DNA of 64,000 nucleotides from Rhynchobatus australiae (Eukaryota): the NCBI GenBank assembly GCA_034780895.1, contig JAUZTB010000064.1, forward strand, positions 83,934,300-83,998,299. The letters are read 5' to 3'. A program made the translations under genes and the position numbers. This document shows positions 1 through 12,940 of this stretch, in pieces. Numbering within the stretch: position 1 is the first letter of the stretch; each line of letters opens with the position of its first letter. A model generated the notes under the pieces. The model ran no database searches. It was not told the DNA's origin and was given only the letters and a program-made list of their open reading frames with translations.

Positions 1-1779
1 CACCCCCCCCCCCCCCCCAAACACCACCTCACCCTCTGATGGACAGCAGGTTTCTGATCATTCCTGCACTTAAGTGCTAGAGAGTGACCCTCATGTCCCA
101 TCATTAGTGAACACTGATTCCCACTCCCTACTCCCCACTAATACCACCTTCCCCCACAGTATATGAAGATAGCCAGTGTCCTGGAGTATTGACAGTCAAT
201 TGCCAGTCTAAGCCCAACTCTTCACCCATCCAGAAGACCACTTGAGCTGGTGGCCAATCTCCCAGTCCCAGAGGAAAAGAGGACATCTTTGAGTGCAAAA
301 AACACACAATGCCTGCTAACTTGCAACTGAAGTTCTGGGCATTGAGCCTCAGCTGCAAATGAATTTTGATGCAGTGGGACCTCAACCAAAACCTTTTATG
401 CTACATATATATGTCCTATCCAGTGTTCACTATTATTCTTGTTATCATGTAATATTAAATTAAGAACAGTTATAGATCCATACCAAATATAAACCAGCAA
501 TGTAATTTGTACTAACATCATTAGTATACTGTATAACATCATTCTGTTGCTTGTTTGTAGCAAAAATTGAATGCAGTTGACCCACCCCTTGTAGGTAGGC
601 ATTCCTTTAGGAACAGGCACCACGTAAAGGGCACTGGCTTTATCAGCTTACAAACACTTACCAAAGTGAAATAAATTAGATTAAAATTCAATATCGTATC
701 ACTTAACTGGACATAAACTGACATCAGCATTTGTGGGTTTTCAATTACAAAGATTAATAAATACTTTTTTTCATTCAAACCATCCTTTCTTTAACAAATA
801 GGACTGTATCAGGGGAGTCTAACAGTAATTTAATAAAACAAATTCAATCCAAAGAATTAAAAAAATCTGTAATACATACAACAAAGGAAATATATCACAG
901 TGAGAAGCATAGCAATTTATCATCTGTCAAGATTGTACTATTGGATCAATCAATCATTAGCAATCTTGTCAATTCCACGTGATAAATGACTGATCCATGC
1001 TTTAATCATACCCACCAAACCATCAATACTTTAGATTACTTGTTTGGGTAAACCCCAAATCCAAATTAGCATGAATCAACAATGGATAATGCAATTTATT
1101 TTGTTTAGGACAAGGCAATAAATTGAATTTTCCTTCTTTATTTCCATCCCACTCTGTATTTACCCAATGCCAGTTTTTATTTTTACCAAATCCACCTTAG
1201 TATTAGTGCATTTGAATCATTCAAGGCAATTTGTCAAGTAAATTGTTTAAGAGAAGTCGCTGTGAACTACAAACTTTAATTGATGTACAATCAATAATGA
1301 ATATATTAAAAAGCATTCTATGTCCAGGGCTTGACATATGAATAAGTCTTTCACCTGGCCTTATAATTTCTGTCACTCTGCCTTTCCTTGTTCCAGAGAA
1401 ACAGTGGTAGTGGGACACGAAAGTAACAATATATGATATGGTACTACGGCTAATATCACAGCATCTAAGGGATGTGACTCACTGAGACCTTGGCCTGTTC
1501 ACTGTTTTGGACACCAAACAGAGTTCACACTTGCTAAAATAGACATCCCTTGTTGTCCAGAAGGGGTAAATGGTGCTTTATTGAGGCCTTATACTGCACT
1601 TTTATTGATTGCAACTGCTATTTCCCCTGAATCACTTTTATTACTGAACCCAACATTTCAATCATTGTTATGTAATTTTATCACCTGAATTCTAAAGAAA
1701 GCTATCTTCATTTGGGGCATTAAGTATAAGTGTCAGGAAGTCAGGATGCAGCTATGTAAAATTTTTAGGAGTTTCACAA

Positions 1780-3428
1780 GTCTCTTTCACTGTGTTTACT
1801 GAGCTTCTCCATTTGAGGCTGGATGGTAAAGCAATGTTTGATTCCATTTTGTTCTACACACTGCTCAAACTGAAGTGATCAGAATTGAGAGTCATTATCC
1901 AATCCAACCTCTTTGGGAAATCCATGTGTTGCTAAACTAGAAGTAACTTCCTGTATGGTGTGTTCAGTGGTGGATGATCTTACGGGCTTTACCTCAATCC
2001 ACTTTGGATGACTGTTTACTAAATCAAAAAAGTTGTCCTTACCTTCAACTCTATTAATGGAGACATCACATCCAAGTTACAAGACATATGTGGTCCTGTT
2101 GGTTGTGTACCCAGAAAGACTACCTGCACAGACTTCCTACACTGAGGTTATTTACCTCCTGCTGTTCCCTCCCCCACCTCCTCACTTTATCCTGACTCAG
2201 TAATTGATGCTAGTGATGTCATTGTGATGTCCAGCAAAAAACCTGATGCCATAAGAAGGATGAAAGTTTCTTGGGATTTCCAGGATTAGCAATGGCCTCA
2301 TAGGGCATATACTAGGATGCCCTATATTTTCAGCCACTCTCAGGCCCAAATGAACTAACTCTTTATTCACAAGATATGCATTTGTTTTTCTGGAGCTTGA
2401 CATTCTGTTTAAGAAGCTCCTTAAATATATATGGAACATTTAGAGATTTGTCTCCTTATTGCTGTTGCTATTAAAATCACATCTTGGTTGCATGGACATT
2501 TTGAAGAGTTGAACTCTTATTAACAGCTAATCTACTGTAGCATAAAATGTGTGCGGTTTCTGATTTCATGCCATAAAGCAACTTGGCACATGTATAAAGC
2601 CGCTTATGGATGTCGATGATCAGATAATTTTGGCTCTCTTTATCCACATTTAATCACGTGCAAAGATCTTGACTCCTGCCAACTTAGCGTATAAATTCTG
2701 CAATGTGGGCAAAGGATATTGTTCATCCTCCACAGCTCTGTTGCCTTATTATCCCAGCAAAGCTGAATAGTTTTGTCTGCTTTGGGCACCGCAGAAGTGA
2801 GTATCACCTTATCACACCTTGTAGTTTTAGCCAACTCTGTTATTTGAGCTTGTTCAATTTTTCCTCAAGTTGAGTCTTCATTATGTTTTGTGCCAGTCTA
2901 GGCCCGCAGTAAATTGACCTTATGCATATGTAGGCTTTGTTTCTTAATACCAGCACACGAAGCTTGTCTGGACATAGCTGCAAGCATTTACACTAAATAC
3001 ATTTTGTCAATCNNNNNNNNNNTTTCACTGACAGGCTTGGTCTGTTTGTTTAACAGCTCTATGTTGTTAGCTTCACTTCTTGACTATTGTATGAAACACA
3101 TTGCTTCTACCTTCAGACTTCCAGTATCTCACTGGACTATGCCTTCATATTCAGTGAGCTCTTTGCTAACAGCATTTTCCTGAATTCCTTGATACATACA
3201 TCTCTGCCTGTGATCAAGCAGTCAGCTACTTTATCAATGTTCAAATTGATATACTGGTCACTGATATTTATTTTAACTTGAAAATAGCAAGGCATACATG
3301 CTGTTTAAAATTTGCTCTGCAGGATGCTCACCAGCTTCAACATTATACATTCTTCAGGGCTGCTGACCATAAATATTTCCCTTCCTCTGGTTATTCTGCA
3401 GTGCCATCCAGGGTCTTTCCATGCACAC
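1780..3428 (-). mobile_element. Degenerate Ty3/Gypsy LTR retrotransposon pol (RT and integrase, weak protease; RNase H region apparently deleted)
   Basis: Minus-strand translation gives RT motifs VPKADKTIQLCWD, EQYPLPTLQNLYAKLAGVKIF, DKESQNYLIIDIHKRLYTCAKLLYGMKS and LVHLGLRV (about 2250-2860). It also gives integrase LVNSHPKWIEVKPVRSSTTEHTI..LATHGFPKEVGLDNDSQF...NGIKH..YHPASNGEA (about 1785-2050). Stops and frameshifts are present. Confidence 0.85.
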
Positions 3429-5214
3429 NNNNNNNNNNNNNNNNNNNNNNNNNNNNNNNNNNNNNNNNNNNNNNNNNNNNNNNNNNNNNNNNNNNNNNNN
3501 NNNNNNNNNNNNNNNNNNNNNNNNNNNNNNNNNNNNNNNNNNNNNNNNNNNNNNNNNNNNNNNNNNNNNNNNNNNNNNNNNNNNNNNNNNNNNNNNNNNN
3601 NNNNNNNNNNNNNNNNNNNNNNNNNNNNNNNNNNNNNNNNNNNNNNNNNNNNNNNNNNNNNNNNNNNNNNNNNNNNNNNNNNNNNNNNNNNNNNNNNNNN
3701 NNNNNNNNNNNNNNNNNNNNNNNNNNNNNNNNNNNNNNNNNNNNNNNNNNNNNNNNNNNNNNNNNNNNNNNNNNNNNNNNNNNNNNNNNNNNNNNNNNNN
3801 NNNNNNNNNNNNNNNNNNNNNNNNNNNNNNNNNNNNNNNNNNNNNNNNNNNNNNNNNNNNNNNNNNNNNNNNNNNNNNNNNNNNNNNNNNNNNNNNNNNN
3901 NNNNNNNNNNNNNNNNNNNNNNNNNNNNNNNNNNNNNNNNNNNNNNNNNNNNNNNNNNNNNNNNNNNNNNNNNNNNNNNNNNNNNNNNNNNNNNNNNNNN
4001 NNNNNNNNNNNNNNNNNNNNNNNNNNNNNNNNNNNNNNNNNNNNNNNNNNNNNNNNNNNNNNNNNNNNNNNNNNNNNNNNNNNNNNNNNNNNNNNNNNNN
4101 NNNNNNNNNNNNNNNNNNNNNNNNNNNNNNNNNNNNNNNNNNNNNNNNNNNNNNNNNNNNNNNNNNNNNNNNNNNNNNNNNNNNNNNNNNNNNNNNNNNN
4201 TCAGAGATCAGAAGAGGAATCCCAACACAAACTGGATCTTCACAAAGGAATAGAGAACACAGGACTGCTCAAGAGTAGACCGCTCTAAGCAACTAAGAGC
4301 CAAAGGTAAACCAATACTCTGGCAGCTAGTACAAGAGAAACCCAGGTACTTATGCTTGGCCCCTGATGAGGTTCAGGTGTGTGTCATTAAGTAATTAGTC
4401 CAGCATGGAATCCATGTGCTATACAATAAGGCATTAAAGGAGCCAAATTGAGGGCCAGTACCGAGAACCATGATGCTATTCTCATTGCCAGTGCAAGATT
4501 TGTGGTCTTGCACGTCATTATTGTAATAACTTGCAGTGTTTTGATAAGTATGAAAGAAGCATTGCCTGCTCTAAAAGAGTTGGCAAGTTTATTTGAGGTT
4601 CTTGCACTACATACATGCTCACAATGATGGACGTGCTCAAATATGTCACAAATGACATCACAAATATTTACATATGCTACACCCACCAAAGCACCCCAGG
4701 GCTTCAGAGGAGGAAGGGCCAAGACATTCAACCACTTTGTGCATAAAAACATTGCAGCAATTCTAGCACATACCTCGATATGTTTATGCATGATGTGATC
4801 AAATTTTATCTACAAGGCAGGGGTAGCTGGGCAAGTGCAGTGACAACAGCTGGTGTGTAAAGCATAAGTGACACCCGCTCTTGCAACTTTTTTTGATCAT
4901 GCAAAAAAAGTGCAGCCTCAAGTATTGAAGCAAAGTTTGACCAGGCGTTAAAGAAACTGTCCTTCCTGACCCACGATCCATCCGTCAACCAGTCAACTAG
5001 AGTAGCAACACCTTCAATAATGTTAGTGTTCCCAAGTTTGTTTGTCTTGACAAAATTGAACCTGATTGCTTTAGTTGCAAGGCTCTGACCACCATGATCA
5101 CTGCTTCAGGAACTTCCAACTGCATCATAGTTTGGATATTGGAGGTGCCTGGTTGTTGACTCCATACCCCACCCTTCCTCCTCCTCCTGAAAGGAGCGTG
5201 GGTAATTTTGGCAG

Positions 5215-6330
5215 CCAAGTGAGTGCTTCAGCATGAGTTTACAACTAATGTCCATTTCACGGACAGTTAACCTCTGAAGGCCCAGGATTCCTCAGTCAAC
5301 AGCACAGGGCACATTACATATACTGTGTGCAGAAGAAAGTGACTCCTTGTAACCTTGCAACTCTCTAATGAGGGTTCCTCCACATTGAGTAGCTTTGAGG
5401 CACTCATGCAGCAACATTTCTAGATCAAGTCTCACAGATGAACAATGCTTTCAGAAGATGAAGCTGCTTAGGAAACAATTCAAGAGATGTGTATTGATGT
5501 GGGCCTGAGATCAGCCTTAGTGAACCCAGTTGCACTTCCAATCTTTGATGATCGCAATGGCCCTTATTATCTATTGCTTTCTTAGGCTGCTAGTAGGCAT
5601 CAGCAAAATATGAATACAGAGTTATACAGATGCAGTATTTGCAACAAAATCAGATTACATAAATGTCCCAATGGACCTTAAAACACAGAATAAGAGATTT
5701 CTGACTTCTGGAAAACCTATGATTTTCCTAAAATTAATTTCCCATTGTGTCACTAACAGAGCCTTTGTTCTTCAAGGATTTGTATGTGAATAGAAAGGGA
5801 TTCTGTTCCATCAGTGCTCACCTTGTCTGTAACAACCAGCAGTAAGTAGAATGCTTATCACCACGAGTCTTCCCATGATGGTTTTATTGTTGAGACAGTC
5901 AAGTGCACCAGCCATGTTTCTGGGTCTATCTCCAGTAGATCATGTTAATTCTTGAGGGAACAAAGGAAGCTTCTCTAACTTTGATATGCTGAGTAGATAC
6001 CACACCTGTTCCTTCTGTGCTCATTGCCAACTTTGTTCCGATCTTCAACAGGAACCCACCATTTAACTTAGAAATTAACTGACCATGAAAATACCTCAGA
6101 ATCAATGATGAATGTCCTTAATGACTGCAAGATCTTAACACCTGCCAGTGTCATGACTCCATGGAAAGCTCAGTTTAGCATGTCCATAAAACATGAAAAC
6201 ACTGAGCTATTACCTGAGAGTGTGATGTGTTTCCAGATATGTACCAACAATTCTGAATACTGCGCCAAAGGTTTTTGTTAAAAGAAGAGCCTGTGCTTCC
6301 ATCTCTAATATATGACCTACATCAATGGGA
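5215..6330 (-). mobile_element. Second, much more eroded Gypsy pol remnant (connection, zinc finger, integrase)
   Basis: Eroded motifs appear in the expected order and approximate spacing on the minus strand: SYIRDG (~6305), WWVP (~6055), WLVH (~5910), FYLLLVVTD (~5840), GFPEV (~5715), VRLDL (~5425), GPS...THAEAL (~5280-5220). Confidence 0.55.
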
Positions 6331-7708
6331 CAATTTATTCATTCAATGCTTTATATTAAATCCTGATATGAGGTTCATTCGCAACTGACAGTCAGCCATA
6401 CAGCAGGGAAAATAAACGGGTTTAATTGATGAATTAAGCTTGCTGAGTAAATGTTTATTTGCAATTCTCTTTTATTGTATGGTTAAGATGTTTTTCTAAG
6501 TATCTCTTTAACGTGCCTGTGTATAGTTAATGCTTTGATTTAGTTGTATGTAACAGAAGTGCTCAATATAAATGTTTCATATGCAGGCTCGATACTGGAT
6601 CCCAGCACATGCTCTCCACAGCTTCTATTTTGTTTGTCCATTTTATTCTTTATAACATACTTCCTCTTTTAGCTGTGTAATGCAGATTAGAATCCCAAAG
6701 TGTAGAACCTTGAAAGTGAAGATAAGGTTCCATGTCTTTACTTTTTTACACACTAAGTTCCCCATTAAAACCATGCTGTGTGCAGGAGTGCCATGCAGTG
6801 ACCAAACAGAGAGAAAATAGGTATCTCTCCCATAGTTATCACATACCTGTTTCACAGTGAGAGTTGAATATGGCCTGGTAATCTAGTGCCAACTGTCTTG
6901 ACCAACGATGGTATACTGCCAATGAGCAGACATGAGGAAAACAAAAGCAGAATGTATTTTGAAACTGAGTTAAATTTTCAAAACATATGAAACACTTGTA
7001 GTCTATCAATTCCTCAACAATATCTCAGAAAATCTCTCTTCCACCTTTGGTAAATCCTTGATGCCTATCGATTACTGATTTCTTCCAAAACTCAAAAAGC
7101 TGCTCTTCCATTCCAGATTTATTTATCCGTACAGTTTAATAGCATGAACTCCATGGAATACAAAGGCACAAAATGGATGTCACTAGAACGAAGGATTTAA
7201 GTGTGATTTTTTTGGTGGAACATTTCTAATCAGAGTGATTCCAATGTCAACGCTGTTAATCAGATATCTAAGAAACCATGAACTGCAAATAGGCCATTTG
7301 ACTCATTAAATGCAATCATTCCACTAACATGCACATTCAACATTAGTTTAGTAACTAATCATAAAAATTCTTCAAAAATAATTTTCAGTCTTCAAAGATA
7401 ATGAAGCAAAACCTCAGAATGTCCTTTCATCTCTATTTCTCCAATCTTGAATTCCAGTTGTCTTCCTTTCACCGGCACTAGTCAGACCTCTCCATTATTT
7501 GTTCATCTAATTTTTACTTGCTTGAAGCTTCAGTTCAGAACCGCACATAATCTATTTAAAGTCCATACACGTAAATCAAAACAGCTTTTTATAATTCACC
7601 CAGATATGTTAAGACTATTTTGTGCATCTGGATCTCTGACATCAAAATGTGAGAATTAAAGAAAAACTTAAATACATGCTAGAGACACATATGTGGAGAC
7701 AGAACCTG

Positions 7709-8050
7709 GGGTACAGCCAGCAGAGCTGTTGCCTCACGGCTCCAGCCACCCACTTGCAATTTTGACCTTTGGTGCTGTCTGTGTGGAGTTTGCACGTTCT
7801 CCTTATGATTGTCATGGTTTCCTCTGGGTGCTCCGGTTTCCTCTCATATCTCAAATAGATGGGGGCTTGGTAGCTTAATTGGTTGCTGTAAATTGCCCCC
7901 AAGTGTGTAGGTGAGTGGTAGAATTTTAAGGGGAGTTGATGTAAATATTGTGAGAATAAAATGGGATTAGTGTAAAAATGGGGGTTTGTTGTTTGTTTGG
8001 TAATTGGTGGGCTAAAAGGCCTGGATCAATGCTGCTGTATGTTTCTATGA
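7709..8050 (+). mobile_element. HE1/V-type tRNA-derived SINE
   Basis: Core ggtgctgtctgtgtggagtttgcacgttctcc...ggtttcctctgggtgctccggtttcctc, with a CR1-like tail; similar copies elsewhere in the window. Confidence 0.85.
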
Positions 8051-9902
8051 GATAATCCAGGTTTTAAAAGTGTTTGAAGATTGTAATTTTGCAGGTTAAT
8101 TATCTTGAACTGTGGTTGTAAGGTTAAAGAATATAAATATGTAATTAAACAAGTCTCAAACAAAACTTGGCTTCAATGTACCCTCACAAAGGCTTACATA
8201 AAGATGATAACAGTGTGTTAAAGTCTTCTTTTTAAAAAGCTAGATTAATATATGGTCAAGAACATACTTAGAAATTACAATGAAATATGTTGGTACGAAT
8301 GATCCATTAATATATGGAACACAAAAAGACCTGGCCTGCTGGATGTATTCAGGAATTAATTATGGAATAGAACTTGCCAGAACAGGAGGATATAGCTAAT
8401 AGGATTTGACTTGTACCTTGGATAACTAGAGATTATTTAAGAAGGTAGGGAAGAAAGCTTAACTTGCAGATAGCTTCACATCTTCCAGCAGAGGAAGTAA
8501 ATTTGGGTTCCATTAAATAAAAACCTGAGGTAAGAAATCAAAGCATGAATTAGGAGACAGCTGTCAAGCCTACGTCTCTGTCTTGTGTTTGAGCAAGTTG
8601 TAGCTGGTGTCTGAAATACACAAGCCCACTGGGCCAAAGCATCCCTTTTCTTTTTTCTTGGATTCTACTATCTGCTCCTCCCAATATCTATGAATTATTA
8701 CTTATCAGGCTGCAGGCTAATTTATATCATATCTCCAGAGGGTTTTCAAATTTTAGCAGCATAGAAAACAGTCGCAATGTCCCCCTGCTGCAGACTGGTA
8801 ACACTCCCATGAGAGTACAATCAATTGTGTCGGCTTTAGTTTCTCAACAACCTTCCTCATGTGTGTAATTTATTTAGGTGCAGGAGATGGAACTAATTTC
8901 CTACTTCACAGTCTCCTAATGCTCCAAAAGTGTATTTTAATAACTTGACTGGTCTAATTTCCATTTCTGTGACTGATTAGCATTGTAAATGTAAATACAT
9001 ATTGTGAAATCAGCAGTCTTGAATACAACTGAAGCAAGAAGTATGATCTTGGTACAGGCACTTAGCACTATGACCAAATGAGGATTTATGTTTTTCTTGA
9101 AAGGCATTTCTTCTGAAACAACCCTGAGCACATAAAGTGAAAGCCCNNNNNNNNNNNNNNNNNNNNNNNNNNNNNNNNNNNNNNNNNNNNNNNNNNNNNN
9201 NNNNNNNNNNNNNNNNNNNNNNNNNNNNNNNNNNNNNNNNNNNNNNNNNNNNNNNNNNNNNNNNNNNNNNNNNNNNNNNNNNNNNNNNNNNNNNNNNNNN
9301 NNNNNNNNNNNNNNNNNNNNNNNNNNNNNNNNNNNNNNNNNNNNNNNNNNNNNNNNNNNNNNNNNNNNNNNNNNNNNNNNNNNNNNNNNNNNNNNNNNNN
9401 NNNNNNNNNNNNNNNNNNNNNNNNNNNNNNNNNNNNNNNNNNNNNNNNNNNNNNNNNNNNNNNNNNNNNNNNNNNNNNNNNNNNNNNNNNNNNNNNNNNN
9501 NNNNNNNNNNNNNNNNNNNNNNNNNNNNNNNNNNNNNNNNNNNNNNNNNNNNNNNNNNNNNNNNNNNNNNNNNNNNNNNNNNNNNNNNNNNNNNNNNNNN
9601 NNNNNNNNNNNNNNNNNNNNNNNNNNNNNNNNNNNNNNNNNNNNNNNNNNNNNNNNNNNNNNNNNNNNNNNNNNNNNNNNNNNNNNNNNNNNNNNNNNNN
9701 NNNNNNNNNNNNNNNNNNNNNNNNNNNNNNNNNNNNNNNNNNNNNNNNNNNNNNNNNNNNNNNNNNNNNNNNNNNNNNNNNNNNNNNNNNNNNNNNNNNN
9801 NNNNNNNNNNNNNNNNNNNNNNNNNNNNNNNNNNNNNNNNNNNNNNNNNNNNNNNNNNNNNNNNNNNNNNNNNNNNNNNNNNNNNNNNNNNNNNNNNNNN
9901 NN

Positions 9903-10010
9903 TCAGATATGCGAAGAGGGGCTGCAACCTCTCGCACTCCACATACATGTGGTATACCATCTCCTCCCGGCTGCAAAAGTGACAGGTGGCCAGGGTATTA
10001 CCACACTCTT
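9903..10010 (-). mobile_element. Tx1/L1-type LINE ORF2 C-terminal zinc-finger fragment
   Basis: CHFCSREEMVYHMYVECERLQPLFAYL fits the CxxC..E...H....C zf-RVT pattern; abuts a gap. Confidence 0.7.
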
Positions 10011-10024
10011 TCCACAGCAAGGAC

Positions 10025-10150
10025 GTTCTTCCTTAGATGAAGTGACTAAAACTGCACACAATACTCAGGTGTGGTCTTATCGAGGTCTTGTACATTTGCA
10101 GTAAGCCATCGCTGCCCCTGTCCTTAAATCCTCTTGTTAGGAAGGCATTG
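10025..10150 (-). mobile_element. CR1 LINE fragment
   Basis: Reverse complement encodes a YKTSIRPH..YCVQF-like segment typical of CR1 ORF2. Confidence 0.65.
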
Positions 10151-11059
10151 ATTGAAATATCCTTTTAACCATCAAGCAATCTTGACTATCTTAATGAAAA
10201 TGTGTGAAGTTGCTCAATTTTGTTTGAAAAATATAAAGCAGATTTGAAAAAGGATTTAATACTTCATACTATAATTTGCTACAAGTTTGACATATCAAAC
10301 CTTTCACACATGAAACACTTGTGATATCCTTCTTAATGATTGGCATTCAGTATCATTGCAGTTCATAATCTGTGTTAAAGTTAAAATGGAGTTATGCCAG
10401 TGGTAGTGTGAAGGATGGGGAAGTGAGGGAAGGGAAGTTAGGTTCATGGTCCCCATTGTCCTCCAGCATTGACCACACTGGACCAGGTGGAGTTAATGGT
10501 TTGCATGGGTCGGGTGGACATCCACATCAAAAGAACAAATCTCAGGCACTTGCTGGTTGCATGATGCTAAAATCCCCATGCCTCATTCAAAAAGGTTTGA
10601 TCATTTTCGTTTGGAAAAAAGAGCCTCTTAACGAAAGCTTTGCTTGTTCTTGAATGATAGGTCAAGTCATTTCTCTAGACTGGATGCTCTTGATTGTATC
10701 AACTTGCGGGCAGGACACATTTCTATGGCTGCAGCAACCTCTGGACAACTGCTGCATGAGCATTATGGTCCAGGCAAGTGTACTGTCCCATGTAGGAAGT
10801 TACCCACCTTCTCCATTTCAGCAGCCTTGGTAAAAGTGGGCAGGAAAGGTTCAGCAGGATGTGCCAGCAGCTGGCATATCCAGATATGAGCTGACTTCTA
10901 TAGAATTTTGCAGAACTTCTGCCCAAAAGGAATCAACCTAAAGGATATGTAAACTTGTTTCCCACAATACTTGTGAAAGTATCGTTCATCAATGGATAAC
11001 AAAACTGATTTAAAATAATCATTTCAAGCAAAATGGATATTGCGTTCCCTATAATAAGA

Positions 11060-11152
11060 ACAGGAAATGCTGGAGATATTCAGAAAGTCAGGCAGTATCT
11101 GTAGTGAGAAAGTAGAGATAACTTTTCAGGTAAGTGGCCTCTCATCAGAACA
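11060..11152 (-). mobile_element. Penelope-like terminal-repeat fragment with hammerhead-like core
   Basis: Minus strand reads gtt-ctgatga-gaggccacttacct-gaaa, followed by the family tail (gatactgcctgactttctga...ctccagcatttc). Confidence 0.7.
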
Positions 11153-11704
11153 CTTCTATATTCTGTTTGGTTTGCAATTAGCAAGAATCAGAGCAAGAAT
11201 CTTGTACTTGATTACCATAGGAGTGGCTGCTGCCACACAAAGTTCCCTCACTATCCCACGAAGTGGAAGATTATAAGAAGCCTAACAAGGATCATGCACT
11301 TCTGGAGCCAGTATTACCCAATTAATACAGCAGTTATTTCTACAGATGAAAGTAAGGGAACATTTATGCTAATATATAGTATGTTAATGGACAATAATTA
11401 CAAAGAATAAAAATATAACAAAGACCAGATTAACATACCGTGGATAAGAATACAATCTGAAAAATAAAACAAACAACAACGTTAGCAATGGAACATTGAA
11501 AATAATGTTCAGTGGAATCCAGCAAAAATATGTTCTGTGTAAAAATAAGAACAAGTTGAATATAAAAAGCCACCAATGAGGAATAAAGACATAAGGGGAA
11601 AAAGAACTGAGGCTGAGAAGAAAGACGTGAAGTGATTAGGAGATGCAAACAAAATGCTATCAGGAAGCTAATCAGGGTTGCTGAGATTAAATTATCGAGG
11701 AAGT

Positions 11705-11885
11705 ATGCACCATTTCCCATGCTTCTACCCTCACTCCTTATTCTCTGTCCCAAAAGGGTTCCTTGTACACTCTCCACTTATCAGTAGGCAAGCTCAGTGG
11801 ATTATCTTCCAGTTCTTCCAGTGAGGTGCCACAGCCAAATATGCTTTCCACTCCTCGCCCTTTCAGCATTCCACCCTTTATCCCC
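11705..11885 (+). mobile_element. Penelope-like element internal (post-RT) fragment
   Basis: ttccagtgaggtgccacagccaaatatgctttccactcctcgccctttcagcattcc resembles the Q.D.T...IF..PPLSAF segment of PLE ORFs. Confidence 0.5.
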
Positions 11886-11924
11886 AATACACCCTCATCT
11901 TCTCATGGAACCTAGAAGAAAGAA

Positions 11925-12940
11925 ACTTAAGCGGATTTAAGAACTTTAACAGGAGTTGTGTACAGGCTGCCTAATAGCGGATGTGAAATAGTAGAATGAA
12001 TAAACGTATGTAGAGATGGGAAAACTAAGTAGCAAAGACAGGGTCGTTTTAACTTGGGATTTGGACTTCCATGTAGATCAGAATCAGTTCATGTTTGAAA
12101 GGTAGTGAATATCTGGGGTGTGTATAGAATAGTTCTGCAACAATTTGATCGAGAATCAACAGAGGCAAATCAGACTACATGTAGTTATCATTGTGTAGCT
12201 GTGTGAACCCAGTGGTCAAAGGATGGAAAACAGACACAATGAACCAAATGGCCAATTGGAATATCATCAAATTCAATATGATGTTCAAAATGAGGAAAAC
12301 TGAAACAGCCATGCAGATTCTAGATTTGAGTAAGGCTAACTTCCTTGTAACGAGACACACATGGTAAAATGGGCAAAACTGCTCTCCTTCTAGGTAGTCC
12401 TAAGGATTGAGGGTGACTTGCTTCCACTCCGGATCTGTGGATTCTGAGATGACTGATAAGGCCAATGTGGGAATTACAAACTCATCCACAGTTGGGACTC
12501 TTCCACAGGACTCTTCGGTATAAGTCATGAGATGGTGAAGTGGTGGTCTCGAAAAAGATGCACCCTCGGCCTTGCTCTGTAAAGTGGTCACCTCCTGCCT
12601 CACTCAGGGTGGTGATGTCAATGTCAAGGCATCAGAGTTCCCAAGCTGTGGTACAACTGGGTAAAATGACAGTAGATCAGTGGGAGGTGCTTGAAAAAAG
12701 ACTTATACTGTGAACAGAATCAGTTCATGTCCTTTGGGGGCAAGAGCACTACTTGGCAGAAAAACAATTACAGAGAACTATAATGGTAAGGGGCAGCTTA
12801 AAACATAAACTCAAAAGAAGCAAGACCTTGCATTGATCTTGGGAGAGATACAATGAAAAATTGGATGCTAATGGTAAGGTGAGAAGCGAGTACAACTGGT
12901 AGCCAATATGTTCACTCACATTTAGCATCAGCAACATGAG
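11925..12940 (+). mobile_element. Degenerate CR1 endonuclease-region fragment, interrupted by an RTE piece
   Basis: Eroded GDFN-like and DH..I.F-like segments (ttgggatttggacttccatgtagat; atgaaccaaat...atcatcaaattc). Confidence 0.5.
12385..12600 (-). mobile_element. RTE-clade LINE 3' end
   Basis: Reverse complement resembles the 3' end of the RTE copy near 26150-26360 (cacattggccttatcagtcatctcagaatccacaga...gagtggaagcaagtca). Confidence 0.7.

Noticed and set aside
3278-4288. Long ORFs of 200-340 aa here and at 9010-10020 and 41021-41828
   Set aside because: They consist almost entirely of N-gap codons.
6214-6316. Apparent 103-nt minus-strand exon (ag|gtcata...ctcag|gtaat) with two open frames
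   Set aside because: The acceptor is weak, and its SYIRDG frame sits at the expected position within the eroded Gypsy pol remnant.
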